A stretch of 64,000 nt of DNA, taken from positions 31,434,001-31,498,000 of the forward strand of contig OZ024761.1 of the NCBI GenBank assembly GCA_964016885.1, given 5' to 3'. The position numbers and the translations under genes were made by a program. Origin of the DNA: Eledone cirrhosa. Its lineage: Eukaryota. A model generated the notes under the pieces. The model searched no databases. It saw only the letters and a program-made list of their open reading frames with translations, and was not told where the DNA came from. Positions 1-15,690 of the stretch are shown here, piece by piece (the first letter of the stretch is position 1; each line of letters starts with the position of its first letter).

Positions 1-505
1 TGGTGGAGTTGTGGTGGTGGAGTGTTGGTGTTGGTGTTGGTGTTGGTGTTGGTGTTGGTGTTGGTGGTGAAGGTGATTGTGGAGAGGGTGGTGGTTGTTG
101 GTGTTGGTTGTGGTGTTGTTGTTTTGGTGGTGGTTTTGGTGGTGAAGGTAGTGGTGGAGTTGGTGGTTGTGTTGTTGTTGTTATGGCGGTGGTGGTTGCG
201 GTGGTGTTTGTGAAGGAAATGAACGTGGTAGTGTTGTTGTTGGTTTTTGTGAAGGAAGTGAAGGTGTTGTTGTTGGTTGTGTTGTTGTTATTTTGGTGGT
301 GGCGGTGTTGTTTGTGGTGGAAGTGAAGAAGGTGGGGGTGTTAGTGTTGGTGTTGTGGTGGTGGTGTTTGTGGAGGAAGTGAACATGGTGGTGGTGGTGG
401 TGGTGGTGGTGTTGTTTTATTGCTGTTGTTGGTTGTGTAGGAAGTGGAGGTAGTGGTGTGTATCGTGGAAGAGGAGCAAGTAAAGAAGGTGGTGGTGGGG
501 GTTGT
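1..505. repeat. (GGT/GTT)n low-complexity tract
   Basis: Degenerate ggt/gtt/gttggt repeats; the Val/Gly-rich ORFs are artefacts. Confidence 0.9.
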
Positions 506-711
506 GTTACTTCAATTACAGCAACGCCATCAAATGGTTTTACTTCAACAGATTTTCATGACAGAACTAAATTGATTTAAAACACTTTATTTTCCTCGAC
601 AATTTTAGGGCTTATGTTAGCGAGGTTATTCCACTATAATATTTACATACTTACATACGCGCACGCACACACACATAATACATACATACATATATACATA
701 CATACATACAT

Positions 712-776
<65 letters not shown>

Positions 777-874
777 GACATATATAATGCATACTTACGT
801 ACATATTTCCATATGCATATACGAGTAAGAGATGCATGCATACATATCAAGATAAACACATACACACACAACAC

Positions 875-1765
875 TTAGACGTAGCTAAAGAAGCTCTCTA
901 AATATTTTCACTTATTACTGTGAGGTAGGTAGCGCTCTCTAAATACTCTCTTAATACTGTGACCTAGCTAGAGCTCTTTAAATACTCTCTCTTAATACTG
1001 AGACGTAGCCAGAGCTCTCTAAATACTCTCTTAATACTTGTTTCTACTTTAGGCACAAGGCCAGCAATTACCCAGTGCATTACTGGTACTTTATTTTATC
1101 GACCCCGTAAGGATGAAAGGCAAAGTCAACCTCGGCGGGATTTGAACTCAGATCGTAAAGGGACGTAACTATGCTTGAAAGCATGGCGTCCGACCCTCTA
1201 CCGATAGTGCCAATCTACCTGAGACCTAGCTAGAGCTCTCTAAATGCTCTCTCTTAATCCTGAGACGTAGCTAGAGAAATTCTCTAAATACTCTCTCTTA
1301 ATACTGAGACGTAGCTAGGGCTCTCTAAATATTCTCACTCATTACTGAGACCTAGTTAGAGCTCTCTAAATACTCACTTAATACTGAGACATAGCTAGAA
1401 CTCTCTTAATACTGAGACTTAGCTAGAACTCTCTAAATACTCTCTCTTATTGCTGAGACCTAGTCAGAGCTCTCTAAACACTCTCACTTAATACTGACAT
1501 GTAGTTAAAGTTTTTAGTTTCTTTAACTATGTTTCAGTAATAGGTGAGTGCATTTAGAGAGTTTCTCTAGCTACGTCTCATGATTAAGAGAGAGTATTTA
1601 GAGAGCTCTAGCTAGGTCTCAGTATTAAGAGATTATTTAGGGAGCTCTGGCTACGTCTCAGTATTAAGAGAGTATTTAGAGAGCTCTAGCTACGTCACAG
1701 TATTAAGAGAGAGCATTTAGAGTGTTCTAGCTAAGTCTCAGTATTTAGAAAGCTTTAGCTACGAT
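875..1765. repeat. ~40-bp minisatellite arranged as a fold-back array
   Basis: Unit actgagacgtagctagagctctctaaatactctctcttaat runs forward ~875-1500 and as reverse complement ~1535-1765; a SINE interrupts it. Confidence 0.85.
1039..1219 (-). mobile_element. tRNA-derived SINE (octopus-type), near full length
   Basis: Minus strand shows A-box-like tggcactatcggtaga, B-box gagttcaaatccc and body gcctttcatccttacggggtcgataaaataaagtaccagt; many copies in the window. Confidence 0.9.
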
Positions 1766-1987
1766 CAACCTTGAGTGTTGAGAGTAATGAAGATTACAAC
1801 CTTGATCGGTTTCTTGTTTTTGACATGAGTTTAGTAACTGGGTTGCGTGTGTGTGTAAAATGAGACGAGAGAGGGATATTGTGTGTGTGTGTGTGTGTGT
1901 GGAAATAGAGGATTATTGTGTATGTGTGTATTTATAGATATATACATTTACATAGTTTTATACTTTATCGTATGCTCTCTCTCTCTC

Positions 1988-2044
<57 letters not shown>

Positions 2045-2184
2045 GTGTGTGTTTGGTTTAAATTGAGTTGTATATCAAATCATTTATTTTCGATGTTTCC
2101 GTCAACTCACCTTATTCATGGAATCAGGGCGTTTTGACAAAATATTTACACTCGCACACTCGCACACGCACGCACACTCGCGCG

Positions 2185-2215
<31 letters not shown>

Positions 2216-2406
2216 ACGTACGTACGTACGTACGTGTGTATATGTGTAAGATGGTTCCAACTTAATATTTGGAAATAATTTAACCACCACCTCCAAGGGC
2301 GTCGAGTTGACTAAAATATATATATACATAAATTACTATAAAGTAGTTAATATCGTGGTTCTATTTTCTCCGATTCTATCCCGCCTGACCATGTTCTTAA
2401 TGTTAG

Positions 2407-3650
2407 CCATGCGGACTAAAAATATACACCAGCAAATTACTGGTGCCATGCGGACTAAAAATATACACCAGGAAATTACTGGTGCCATGCGGACTAAAAA
2501 TATACACCAGGAAATTACTGGTGCCATGCAGTCTAAAAATATACACCAGCAAATTACTGGTGCCATGCGGTCTAAAAATATACACCAGGAAATTACTGGT
2601 GCCATGAGGAGTAAAAATATACACCAAGAAATTACTGGTGCCATGCAGTCTAAAAATATACACCAGCAAATTACTGGTGTCATGCGGTCTAAAAATATAC
2701 ACCAGCAAATTACTGATGCCATGCGGTCTAAAAATATACACCAGCAAATTACTGGTGCCATGCGGTCTAAAAATATACACCAGCAAATTACTGGTGCCAT
2801 GCGGTCTAAAAATATACACCAGCAAATTACTGGTGCCATGCGGTCTAAAAATATACACCAGCAAATTACTGGTGCCATGCGGTCTAAAAATATACACCAG
2901 CAAATTACTGGTGCCATGCGGTCTAAAAATATACACCAGCAAATTACTGGTGCCATGCGGTCTAAAAATATACACCAGCAAATTACTGGTGCCATGCGGT
3001 CTAAAAATATACACCAGCAAATTACTGGTGCCATGCGGTCTAAAAATATACACCATCAAATTACTGGTGCCATGCGGTCTAAAAATATACACCACCAAAT
3101 TACTGGTGCCATGCGGTCTAAAAATATACACCACCAAATTACTGGTGCCATGCGGTCTAAAAATATACACCATCAAATTACTGGTGCCATGCGGTCTAAA
3201 AATATACACCACCAAATTACTGGTGCCATGCGGTCTAAAAATATACACCACCAAATTACTGGTGCCATGCGGTCTAAAAATATACACCATCAAATTACTG
3301 GTGCCATGCGGTCTAAAAATATACACCATCAAATTACTGGTGCCATGCGGTCTAAAAATATACACCAGCAAATTACTGGTGCCATGCGGTCTAAAAATAT
3401 ACACCACCAAATTACTGGTGCCATGCGGTCTAAAAATATACACCAGCAAATTACTGGTGCCATGCGGTCTAAAAATATACACCAGCAAATTACTGGTGCC
3501 ATGCGGTCTAAAAATATACACCATCAAATTACTGGTGCCATGCGGTCTAAAAATATACACCACCAAATTACTGGTGCCATGCGGTCTAAAAATATACACC
3601 AGCAAATTACTGGTGCCATGCGGTCTAAAAACAGACACCAGCAAATTACT
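2407..3650. repeat. 39-bp minisatellite, ~32 near-identical copies
   Basis: Unit gccatgcggtctaaaaatatacaccagcaaattactggt in contiguous tandem with no spacers. Confidence 0.97.
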
Positions 3651-3831
3651 GCTTTTATATACTATATTAACTTCACACTAAACATTTACCGTGTTCCTTA
3701 ATGCACCCAAACTATAGTGATTTACACAGGTTGACTGAAGAGTTGGGCCTGTCTTGTTCTTCCATTTTATTTACCCTGTTTTGAATTCATATTCGACAAG
3801 CTTAGATATGCTGGATTATTTTGAAACTACG

Positions 3832-3866
<35 letters not shown>

Positions 3867-3986
3867 CGCCACAGAGTAAATAACTAATTGATTTATTCAG
3901 TTATTATTATAGTTATCTGGAATGAGGCAATTGTATTTTCAAATTCCCGTTGTGCTACCCAAGTCAACAATAAACACACATACACA

Positions 3987-4027
<41 letters not shown>

Positions 4028-4042
4028 AGAACAAAAGATGGT

Positions 4043-4092
<50 letters not shown>

Positions 4093-4097
<5 letters not shown>

Positions 4098-4155
4098 ATG
4101 TTAAAGACCCCAACGGCAGAGCTCAAGCCGTTTCGACGGCTATTTCTGGTCCAGA
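4093..4155. mobile_element. Short fragment of the dispersed repeat family also at 30720-30895 and 60228-60655
   Basis: gaaaatgttaaagaccccaacggcagagctcaa matches gaaaatgtatgaccccgacggcagagctcaa at ~60310; flanked by (TA)n. Confidence 0.7.
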
Positions 4156-4174
4156 ATATATATATATATATATA

Positions 4175-4720
4175 TATTGTTGTACTTTGGGAGGGTCATG
4201 TTGCCAATAAGAAACACACGCACCAGTTGCTTTCACTTCAATTTATTATAATAAATTTATAAATTTAGGAATTTATAAATTTCCGGTTGGTTGGTTGGTT
4301 CCACAACCAGATGGTCGTTTATATATTGTCAAAGTTCTTTCGTCACACATTCTGTGACCTCTTCAGTGACTGGGGATTCTTTTCTTTGTTTTTTGTGCCT
4401 CTCCTTTGTTCTGTCCTACGCTGAAGATGGCGTAGGACAGAACAAAGGAGAGGCAAAAAAAACATAGAAAAGAATCCCCAGTCACTGAAGAGGTCACAGA
4501 ATGTGTGACGAAAGAACTTTGACAATATATAAACAACCATCTGGTTATGGAACCAACCAACCGGAAATTTATAAATTTATAAATTTATTATAATAAATTG
4601 GAGTGAAAGTAACAGGTGCGTGTGTTCCTTATTGGCAACATGACCCTCCCAAAGTATAACAATATCGGTTTCAACACACGTTTTCAGATAAAGAATCTTG
4701 CTAAACAAATTCAGAAAATG
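4175..4720. mobile_element. Fold-back Penelope-like pLTR-derived insertion (family A), ~245-bp arms plus unpaired tail
   Basis: 4175-4421 is the near reverse complement of 4430-4665. The tail atcggtttcaacacacg...caaattcagaaa recurs at ~59810-59860. (TA)n on both sides; HHR in the arms. Confidence 0.8.
4481..4523 (+). ncRNA. Minimal type I hammerhead ribozyme (mirror copy on minus at 4328-4370)
   Basis: gtca-CTGAAGA-g-gtcaca gaatg tgtgac-GAAA-gaac-TT-tgac: intact core, stem I gtca/tgac, 6-bp stem II, vestigial stem III. Confidence 0.7.
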
Positions 4721-4738
4721 AAATATATATATATATAT

Positions 4739-5187
4739 ACGTGGGAAAGTAAGAAATCGGAGAATAGACCGTTAAAACATGTTTATTTAAAACAGCACCT
4801 ACGTACGTTTCGCCCAGTTGGGCTTCTCAAGGGCATAAATAATCAAAAGTGTTCCTTATTAAGGAACAAAAGTGTTTCTTGTTAAGGCATAAATAATAAA
4901 AAGTGTTCCTTATTAAGGAACAAAAGTGTTCCTTGTTAAGGAACACTTTTGATTATTTATGCCTTTGAGAAGCCCAACTGGGCGAAACGTACGTAGGTGA
5001 TATTTTAAATAAACATGTTTTAACGGTCTATTCTCCGATTTCTTACTTTCCCACGTGCTTACGCTCTGCTAACTCTCTAGCCCACTAAATATTAACACTT
5101 CGTATATTTAATACTGCCGACACTAGTATCGAGCACCTTTGGCATACGCTACTTGGCAAATAACTATATGTATCACCTATCCTCGCC
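4739..5187. mobile_element. Fold-back insertion with HHR-like variant core and unpaired tail
   Basis: 4739-~4860 pairs with ~4935-5056, with internal duplications at the centre. gcc-tTTGAGAA-gccc aact gggc-GAAA-cgtacg-TA-ggt at 4961-4998 has a palindromic stem III. Confidence 0.7.
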
Positions 5188-5589
5188 TTTTTTCTCTCTC
5201 TCGATACGTAAATACTGTATATATATATATATATATATATGATTAATGATTAATTTCTCATATTATATATGTATATTCCATTCATGATTATTAACATTTC
5301 TAATTTTATTTATTCATTTCATCTCAGAGTTTTCGTTCTCTCTCCTTCTCTCTGTCTCCTCTCTCTCTATATATATTTCTCTCTCTCTCTCTTTTTCTCT
5401 CTCTCTCTCTCTTTCTCTCTCTCCTTTTTTTTCTTTCTCTGTAACCCAACAGCTTATTTTAAAAATAAAAATATCCAATACTAATAATAATATAAGTAAA
5501 CAACTCCACTATCCGGGAGCTTCCAACAGTAATGGTTACATTTTTTAAGGGTATGTCAATATTTATTTATAAAACTGATCTATATTATA

Positions 5590-5648
5590 TTTTGTCTGAT
5601 GAAAGCACACCATAATTTAACTTGGTGTCCTTGAAATATGTATAATGA
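5590..5648 (+). ncRNA. Hammerhead ribozyme-like motif
   Basis: CTGATGA (5596-5602), stem acacca/tggtgt, GAAA (5633-5636), then tatgta; stem I is weak. Confidence 0.5.
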
Positions 5649-5704
5649 AATAAATATGGTTTTATAAATATAGTTTCCATTTGTTAATATCGTATATATA
5701 TATA

Positions 5705-5918
5705 TCATCATCATCATCACTCATCACTCGTCGACTACTGTCGAGATGATGGATCTCACTCTCATGCCCCAGAATCCCCTGTCCCCATCGCTGCCTCCAG
5801 GTCCTGTCTGCTGAAACCCGTATCCCTAGAGATACGTCAGGGAATGACAGCTTCCTACTCCTAGTCAGGCTGGAGTTAGGGTTCCAGAGCAAGAGAGCGG
5901 ATATGATTTCATTGCTGG

Positions 5919-5925
<7 letters not shown>
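5705..5925 (-). mobile_element. RTE-clade LINE 3' fragment with (TGA)n tail
   Basis: Minus strand reads, with frameshifts, ASNEIISALLLWNP..RSRKLSFPDV..RDTG..DLEAAMGDRGFWGMRVRSIIST, then gatgatgat. Confidence 0.7.
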
Positions 5926-5968
<43 letters not shown>

Positions 5969-6021
5969 CCATTGGAAAGGTAAAGGAAAGGAGAGTGCTC
6001 TATCTAGGCTACAGAGCTATT

Positions 6022-6197
6022 TAGTTATGTAATAAACAACATAAGACAATTATTCCATTTACCAAGGGTTTCACAAAGACAGATGAGCTCGACACAGACG
6101 TCTGAAATTGTTTATCAGAATAAAATTTTATTTCGTCTGTCTTCGTGAAACCTTTGGTAAATGGAATAATTGTCTTATGTTGTTTATTACATAACTA
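6022..6197. mobile_element. Fold-back insertion with HHR-like motif on minus (6057-6123)
   Basis: Arms ~6022-6085 and ~6133-6197 are inverted; minus strand reads att-CTGATAA-acaa...ttgt-GAAAC ccttg GTA-aat. Confidence 0.6.
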
Positions 6198-6263
6198 TAT
6201 ATATATATATATATATAATGAGCGTGTCTGTGTATTATTACTATTATGGCTGTGTGGTGAGTT

Positions 6264-6313
6264 TTGTTACCCTGGTGTTTCACCTGTGTACAGGTGAAAC
6301 ACCGGGGTAACAA
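6264..6313. repeat. Near-perfect 50-bp hairpin
   Basis: ttgttaccctggtgtttcacctgt-gt-acaggtgaaacaccggggtaacaa. Confidence 0.8.
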
Positions 6314-6549
6314 TTGCGACATGGGCTTCCTAATCACACTTTCATGCCTACGCCGAAACTATTTTAGATCAAATATTTCTTGGTGTTTCTTTGATTTTTA
6401 ATTAAACAAGTTCAATACTTTATGATCGATTTATTCTGTAAATACCCAATATTTTTATTTTTTTTATTTTTTAATGATAAAATCTGTGTGTATTAGCATG
6501 CAGTTTATAGCAGTTCTTCTTTGTTGTTGTTGTTACTGTTGTTGTTTTC

Positions 6550-7355
6550 AGGTCATTGAGGTCAGAGCGCAGGCCGGTTCTCTCGACATGCCGCTCTCAA
6601 TAAGATATTGATCAGGAGCCTGGATGGACAGGCCTCGACCGCTGACAGGGCAAGCGCCCCGACGGAATCACCTTCTTCCCATTCGAAGGAGGTAGATCCC
6701 TCATCTGGGACGCCACATCCTGTGACACGTTCTCCGTCTCCAACTTATACGTTATCGTATAGGTCGCTTCGGCCACAGACCCCCGATACTGCGGCCTTCA
6801 AAGCAGAGGCCAAGAAGACAAGAAAATACCGGGGCTTGCCCAGCTGCTTCCACTTCACACTGGTCATCCGTGGGACCCCAGGCGTCCTCAGACCCCATAT
6901 TGCCAAGCTCTTCCAAAAAAAAAAACGGATCGTCAGCAGCTCGTCTGAGGGACGATCCCAGCTAGGTGGGATGACTATTGCAGCGGGTGTCGCTAGCCCT
7001 TGTCCACGGAAATACCTTTGCTGCAGGTTTGTCCACGGAGCGCAGCCCAAACACCGCCCCACCACAGACATAGAGCCTATCACCCTCTCTCCTCCCTTTC
7101 TTCCGTGGCCTCTCAGTCCTTGCTTTTACCCTCCCTTTCTTCTCATTTATGGCATATATAGTCCTTTCTCCTACTTTCCTATACAGTCAGACCTCCCCTT
7201 CTTTACTCCTACCCCTTTGTGTTCGTTGCTTGGTTTTGTTTTTATGTTTTTTTTTTCTTTTCCTTTCATATTTCATCAATATTTGTAATGTTATTTATAC
7301 AACTGTGAATTGATGTATTGTCTGTAATTTTATTTTATACCGTGGAATAAAACAT
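6550..7355 (+). mobile_element. CRE-like non-LTR retrotransposon 3' fragment (restriction-like endonuclease, frameshifted) with 3' UTR
   Basis: Frames join to AGRFSRHAALNKILIRSL..GKRPDGITFFPFEGGRSLIWDATSCDTFS..AAFKAEAKKTRKY..GTPGVL..LLQRVSLALVHGN, matching RLE motifs RH-xx-LN, RPDG, WDxT, E-xKKxxKY and QRxS..GN. aataaa at ~7346. Confidence 0.85.
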
Positions 7356-7394
7356 TTTTTTTTTTTTACATATTTTACTGTTTTTTTTAAATAA

Positions 7395-7622
7395 ATTAGC
7401 TGCTACCATACTTTGCTATACTAGCTGCTACCATACTTTACTGTGATAGGTGCTAACGTACTTTACGGTATTAGCTGCTACCATACTTTACTGTGATAGG
7501 TGCTAACGTACTTTACGGTATTAGCTGCTACCGTACTTCATCGTACTTTACTGTATTAGCTGTTACCATACTTTACTGTATTAGCTGCTACCGTACTTTA
7601 CGGTATTAGCTGCTACCGTAAT
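7395..7622. repeat. ~25-bp minisatellite attagctgctaccatactttactgt
   Basis: About 9 degenerate tandem copies. Confidence 0.85.
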
Positions 7623-7870
7623 TTATTGTAGAAATTTGGGCACTGTCTATGAAATCAGGGAACCCAATACTTTTTGATAAAAGACGTAAGGTGTTTAGGG
7701 ATTATGCCTAGCGCCCCAATGACGATTGTCATGACTTCTATCTCAACATGTTGCTCAGTTCTAATAGTGCTTGCAGAATCTACATACTTATTGATTTTTT
7801 CAGTTTCCTTTTCTCTCTCATCTTTGTTCTTTCTTCGAGGAAAGACTTTGTCTGAAACGTCGTGAATTCT
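7610..7870 (-). mobile_element. R4/Dong/NeSL-type LINE restriction-like endonuclease C-terminal fragment
   Basis: EREKETEKINKY..IEVMTIVIGALGIIPKHL matches the EKxxKY...IVIGALGxIPKxL signature. Confidence 0.75.
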
Positions 7871-8179
7871 CGCAACAACATATAAACCTAATAAACTTCT
7901 ATTATTGTCTGTGTGTTTGTGTGTGAAATGAGAAGAGGTGGATGAAATGTTTAAAGTGAATGTATGTATATACGAGATATATATATAATGTAATATACTA
8001 TATATTGTTTTTTTTGGGGGGTTCAATATATCTATTGTCGAGTGTTTTCTCAAGAAACCATCGGTCATTCTCACGTGCCAGCATCTTCCATGATTTTACC
8101 AAGCATCTATATATACATACATATACACATGCACGCATCCATACATATATATACATACATACACACACACACCTATATC

Positions 8180-8206
8180 TACATATATGATATATGGATA
8201 TACATA

Positions 8207-8248
<42 letters not shown>

Positions 8249-9025
8249 TTGTATCCATATATATATATATATATATATATATGATATTGATATATATATA
8301 TGATATATATATGATATATATATATATGATATATATATATATGATATATATATGATATATATATATATATGATATATATATATATGATATATATATGATA
8401 TATATATGATATATATATATATGATATATATATATATGATATATATATATATGATATATATATGATATGATATATATATGATATGATATATATATGATAT
8501 GATATATATATGATATATATATGATATATATATGATATATATATGATATGATATATATATGATATATATATGATATGATATATATATGATATATATATGA
8601 TATATATATGATATGATATATATATATATGATATATATATGATATGATATATATATATATGATATATATATATATGATATATATATATATGATATATATA
8701 TATGATATATATATATCATATATATATATATGATATATATATATATCATATATATATATATGATATATATATATATCATATATATATATATATCATATCA
8801 TATATATATGATATATATATATATGATATATATATATATGATATATATATATATGATATATATATATATGATATATATATATATGATATATATATATATC
8901 ATATATATATATATGATATATATATATATATATATCATATCATATATATATGATATATATATATAGCATATATATATATGGATATAAGTATATATATATA
9001 TACTTATATCCATATATATATATAT
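8180..9025. repeat. (TA)n/GATA compound microsatellite
   Basis: Direct inspection. Confidence 0.95.
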
Positions 9026-9083
9026 CCACACAGAAACATAACTAAAGCCATGCCATTGTCTAATCATTGTTTTCTCTCCACAG

Positions 9084-9187
9084 TCACGGCCCCGTCTATG
9101 GATGGGGGGAACAGCATTTCTCTCATCTTCGAGCCTATAGATAATAGAAGGGATGAAAGGCACCGAAGAGCGCAACTTGTCGGAAAT
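9084..9187 (+). CDS. Candidate internal exon of an unidentified host gene
   Basis: Acceptor ttttctctccacag| preceded by ctaat, donor |gtaagt. Only one frame is open: TAPSMDGGNSISLIFEPIDNRRDERHRRAQLVGN. Confidence 0.45.
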
Positions 9188-9983
9188 GTAAGTGGCTTAT
9201 ATAACTCCTAGTCCACCATTATTACAACATGGCATAGTCTATATAGTCTAGATATGAGATTGCATGCCGCTAATCCGCTATTCCGCTAATCCGCTACAAT
9301 CTATATGATTCACAATGAAAGAAATAAAACGAATTATTCGCTGATGATTTTTCTTAAAGGATCCAATCGTGAAACCTGGCAAAATGTTTCTTAGATGTGT
9401 CTTATATATAAAATATATTTGACGACTTCTATATTCAAAGATCAGAAAATATATTCATAACCATAAAATCTCTCTATATTAACGATTGGCAGATTTTCTT
9501 TTGGATTTTCCGGTGAAATCGATATATTTTAGACATGTTATTTGGAGGCAAAAATACCTGATCAGTCAATAATATGGGCTCTCTCTCCTGCAATAAGGAG
9601 AAATAATCGATTTAAAATTTTCTAAATTTGAACACAAGGAATTTGAAAAAAAAAAACGAAATAAATTTGAAAAAAAAAAACAAAATAGAAGAGAACCAAA
9701 AAACGCACAAAAAAAAAATGACAAAAACAAAAGAAAAGGCGATGAAATTAATTAATGCGGTTATTTCTTTCTTTCATCATCATCGTCGTCGTCGTCATCA
9801 TCATCGTCGTCATCGTCGTCATTGCTATGATTAAGATCATCATCATCGTAATAATTGCTACCGTCATCATTGCAATCATTGTCACGACCCTTCAATGTGC
9901 TTTACGTTGCGTCTCTTGAAGTGAACTGTTTCTTGCCTTAGCTGTCGTAGTTAGATGTTCTGTGTTACCAGCTTTAACTGTCG

Positions 9984-9984
<1 letters not shown>

Positions 9985-10014
<30 letters not shown>

Positions 10015-10163
10015 GTATATATATATATATAGTATATATATATATAGTATATATATATATAGTATATATATATATATAGTATATATATATATAGTGTATA
10101 TATATATAGTGTATATATATATATATAGTGTATATATATATATAGTGTATATATATATATATA

Positions 10164-10197
<34 letters not shown>

Positions 10198-10252
10198 TAT
10201 ATATATATATATATAGTATGTATATATATAGTGTATATATATATATATATAG

Positions 10253-10320
<68 letters not shown>

Positions 10321-10349
10321 TGTATATATATATATATATATATATATAG

Positions 10350-10417
<68 letters not shown>

Positions 10418-10511
10418 TATATATATATATATATATATAGTATATATATATATATATAGTATATCTATATATAGTATATATATATATATATATATAGTAT
10501 ATCTATATATA

Positions 10512-10545
<34 letters not shown>

Positions 10546-10726
10546 TATATAGTGTATATATATATATATATAGTGTATATATATATATATAGTATATATA
10601 GTGTATATATATATATATATAGTGTATATATATATATATATATATAGTATATATATATATACTATATATATATAGTGTATATATATATATATATATATAG
10701 TATATATATATACTATATATATATAG

Positions 10727-10758
<32 letters not shown>

Positions 10759-10858
10759 CTTATATATATGTATATATATATGCAATATATATATGTATAT
10801 ATATATGCAATATATATATGTATATATATATGCAATATATATATGCAATATATATATG

Positions 10859-10941
<83 letters not shown>

Positions 10942-10971
10942 GTATATATATATATGCAATATATATATATG

Positions 10972-11004
<33 letters not shown>

Positions 11005-11106
11005 GCAATATATATGTGTATATATATATGTGTATATATATATGTATATATATATATATGTGTATATATATATGTATGTATATATGTATGTATATATGTA
11101 TATATG

Positions 11107-11137
<31 letters not shown>

Positions 11138-11218
11138 GTATATATGCAATATATATATATGTAAATATATATATATTGATTGGCGTTTGTATACAATGTA
11201 ATAAACACCAAAACATGT

Positions 11219-11249
<31 letters not shown>

Positions 11250-11259
11250 TGCACACACA

Positions 11260-11290
<31 letters not shown>
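9985..11290. repeat. (TA)n/TAG/TATG compound microsatellite with CA and CT tracts
   Basis: Direct inspection. Confidence 0.95.
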
Positions 11291-11292
<2 letters not shown>

Positions 11293-11364
11293 CTTCTCTC
11301 ATACTCTCTCACCTCACCTATCACGCTGAACATCCATCTCTCACACTCACCTCTCTAGTTTAGC

Positions 11365-11620
11365 ATCTCTCACCCTTCCTCTCTGTCCCTCTCTCTCACC
11401 CTTCCTCTCTGTCCCTCCTCTCTCACCCTTCCTCTCTGTCCCTCTCTCTTACCCTTCCTCTCTGTCCCTCTCTCTCACCCTTCCTCTCTGTACCTCTCTC
11501 TTACCCTTCCTCTCTGTCCCTCTCTCTCACCCTTCCTCTCTGTCCCTCTCTCTCCCTCTCTCTTACCCTTCCTCTCTGTACCTCTCTCTCACCCTTCCTC
11601 TCTGTCCCTCTCTAATCACC
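11365..11620. repeat. ~24-bp pyrimidine minisatellite ctctctcacccttcctctctgtcc
   Basis: About 10 tandem copies. Confidence 0.9.
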
Positions 11621-11676
11621 CCTCGCTCTCTCTGTCAATATAACTACAGATATCTCCAGATATATATCCATCTGAG

Positions 11677-15690
<4,014 letters not shown>

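Noticed and set aside
2307-3701. 464-aa repeat protein gene or CRISPR array
   Set aside because: It is a contiguous 39-bp tandem repeat open in several frames on both strands, with no spacers and no domain or splice support.
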